The notes under the pieces: model-generated | Databases searched by the model: none | Told to the model about the DNA's origin: nothing | The model's input: only the letters and a program-made list of their open reading frames with translations | Shown here: in pieces, positions 63,801 through 64,000 of the stretch | Numbering within the stretch: the first letter of the stretch is position 1 | How the letters are laid out: the number at the start of each line of letters is the position of its first letter | Assembly (NCBI GenBank): GCA_030704615.1 | Contig: CM060734.1 | Coordinates: 18,414,001 to 18,478,000 of the forward strand | Source of the DNA: Takakia lepidozioides | Taxonomy: Eukaryota; Plantae; Bryophyta | Direction: 5' to 3' | DNA length: 64,000 nt | Translations under genes and position numbers: made by a program

Positions 63801-64000
63801 GGAGGAGGGTGAGATTGCTGCGTCAGGGGATTCACCAGCAGAGCAGCGATCAGAGAGCTGGACGCAGGAAAAAGACGAAGTGGAGGAAGAAGAAGAAGAA
63901 GAAGAACAAGTAATTCAACCCCAACGAAAGCGCAAGCGGAGTAGCAGTCATCATCGCTGCATCTCCCACTTGGATGGATTCAACGAGGGTAACAATAGCA
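48825..64000 (+). CDS. BRM: SWI/SNF chromatin-remodelling ATPase BRAHMA, multi-exon, continues beyond the window
   Basis: QLQ ([20 protein letters not shown]), HSA-like region ([13 protein letters not shown]), SNF2 motifs [87 protein letters not shown]. The first exon at 48825 is less certain. Confidence 0.93.
56030..58998 (+). mobile_element. 5'-truncated APE-endonuclease/RT LINE in a BRM intron, 15-bp TSD
   Basis: TSD TCTTTCTTCTGCTAA (56015-56029, 58999-59013). End of APE domain (VDYII..SDHFLV), frameshift near 56280, then a 903-codon open frame with YRGITLL, QAGFR, GVAQG, FADD and CPLC..HFLIHC. Confidence 0.95.

Noticed and set aside
1576-64000. DRM, TE-borne methyltransferase and BRM as a functional epigenetic cluster
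   Set aside because: DRM and BRM are ordinary host genes and the MTase arrived by transposition; nothing beyond proximity links them.

Overview
Plant nuclear DNA with spliceosomal introns, PLS-type PPR remnants and plant telomere repeats; a non-seed land plant is likely but cannot be proven here. Two intact host chromatin genes bracket the window: a DRM-type de novo cytosine methyltransferase (1576-4693) and BRAHMA (48825 to beyond 64000), which has a LINE in one intron. Between them are two large insertions of one Mutator (MULE)-like family with short imperfect termini (CAGGGATGC/CAACGACGC type), GCGTGAGC subterminal arrays and 9-bp target-site duplications (TSDs). Element A (9761-21508, 11.7 kb) splits a PPR gene. 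It carries a GCM-like/DDE/SWIM transposase and a divergent multi-exon gene joining a ParB/Srx-like domain to a beta-class N4C/N6A DNA methyltransferase-like domain, with arrays of a 24-bp palindrome in its introns. Element B (23308-43824, 20.5 kb) splits an L1-type ORF1 with a perfect TSD. It carries host genes (one intact and one broken BPS1/DUF793 gene, a DPH1 pseudogene) and a truncated copy of element A. A LINE family without poly(A) tails targets TC-rich sites; one copy has telomeric repeats at its 5' junction. All protein assignments come from motif recognition by eye, not database searches.
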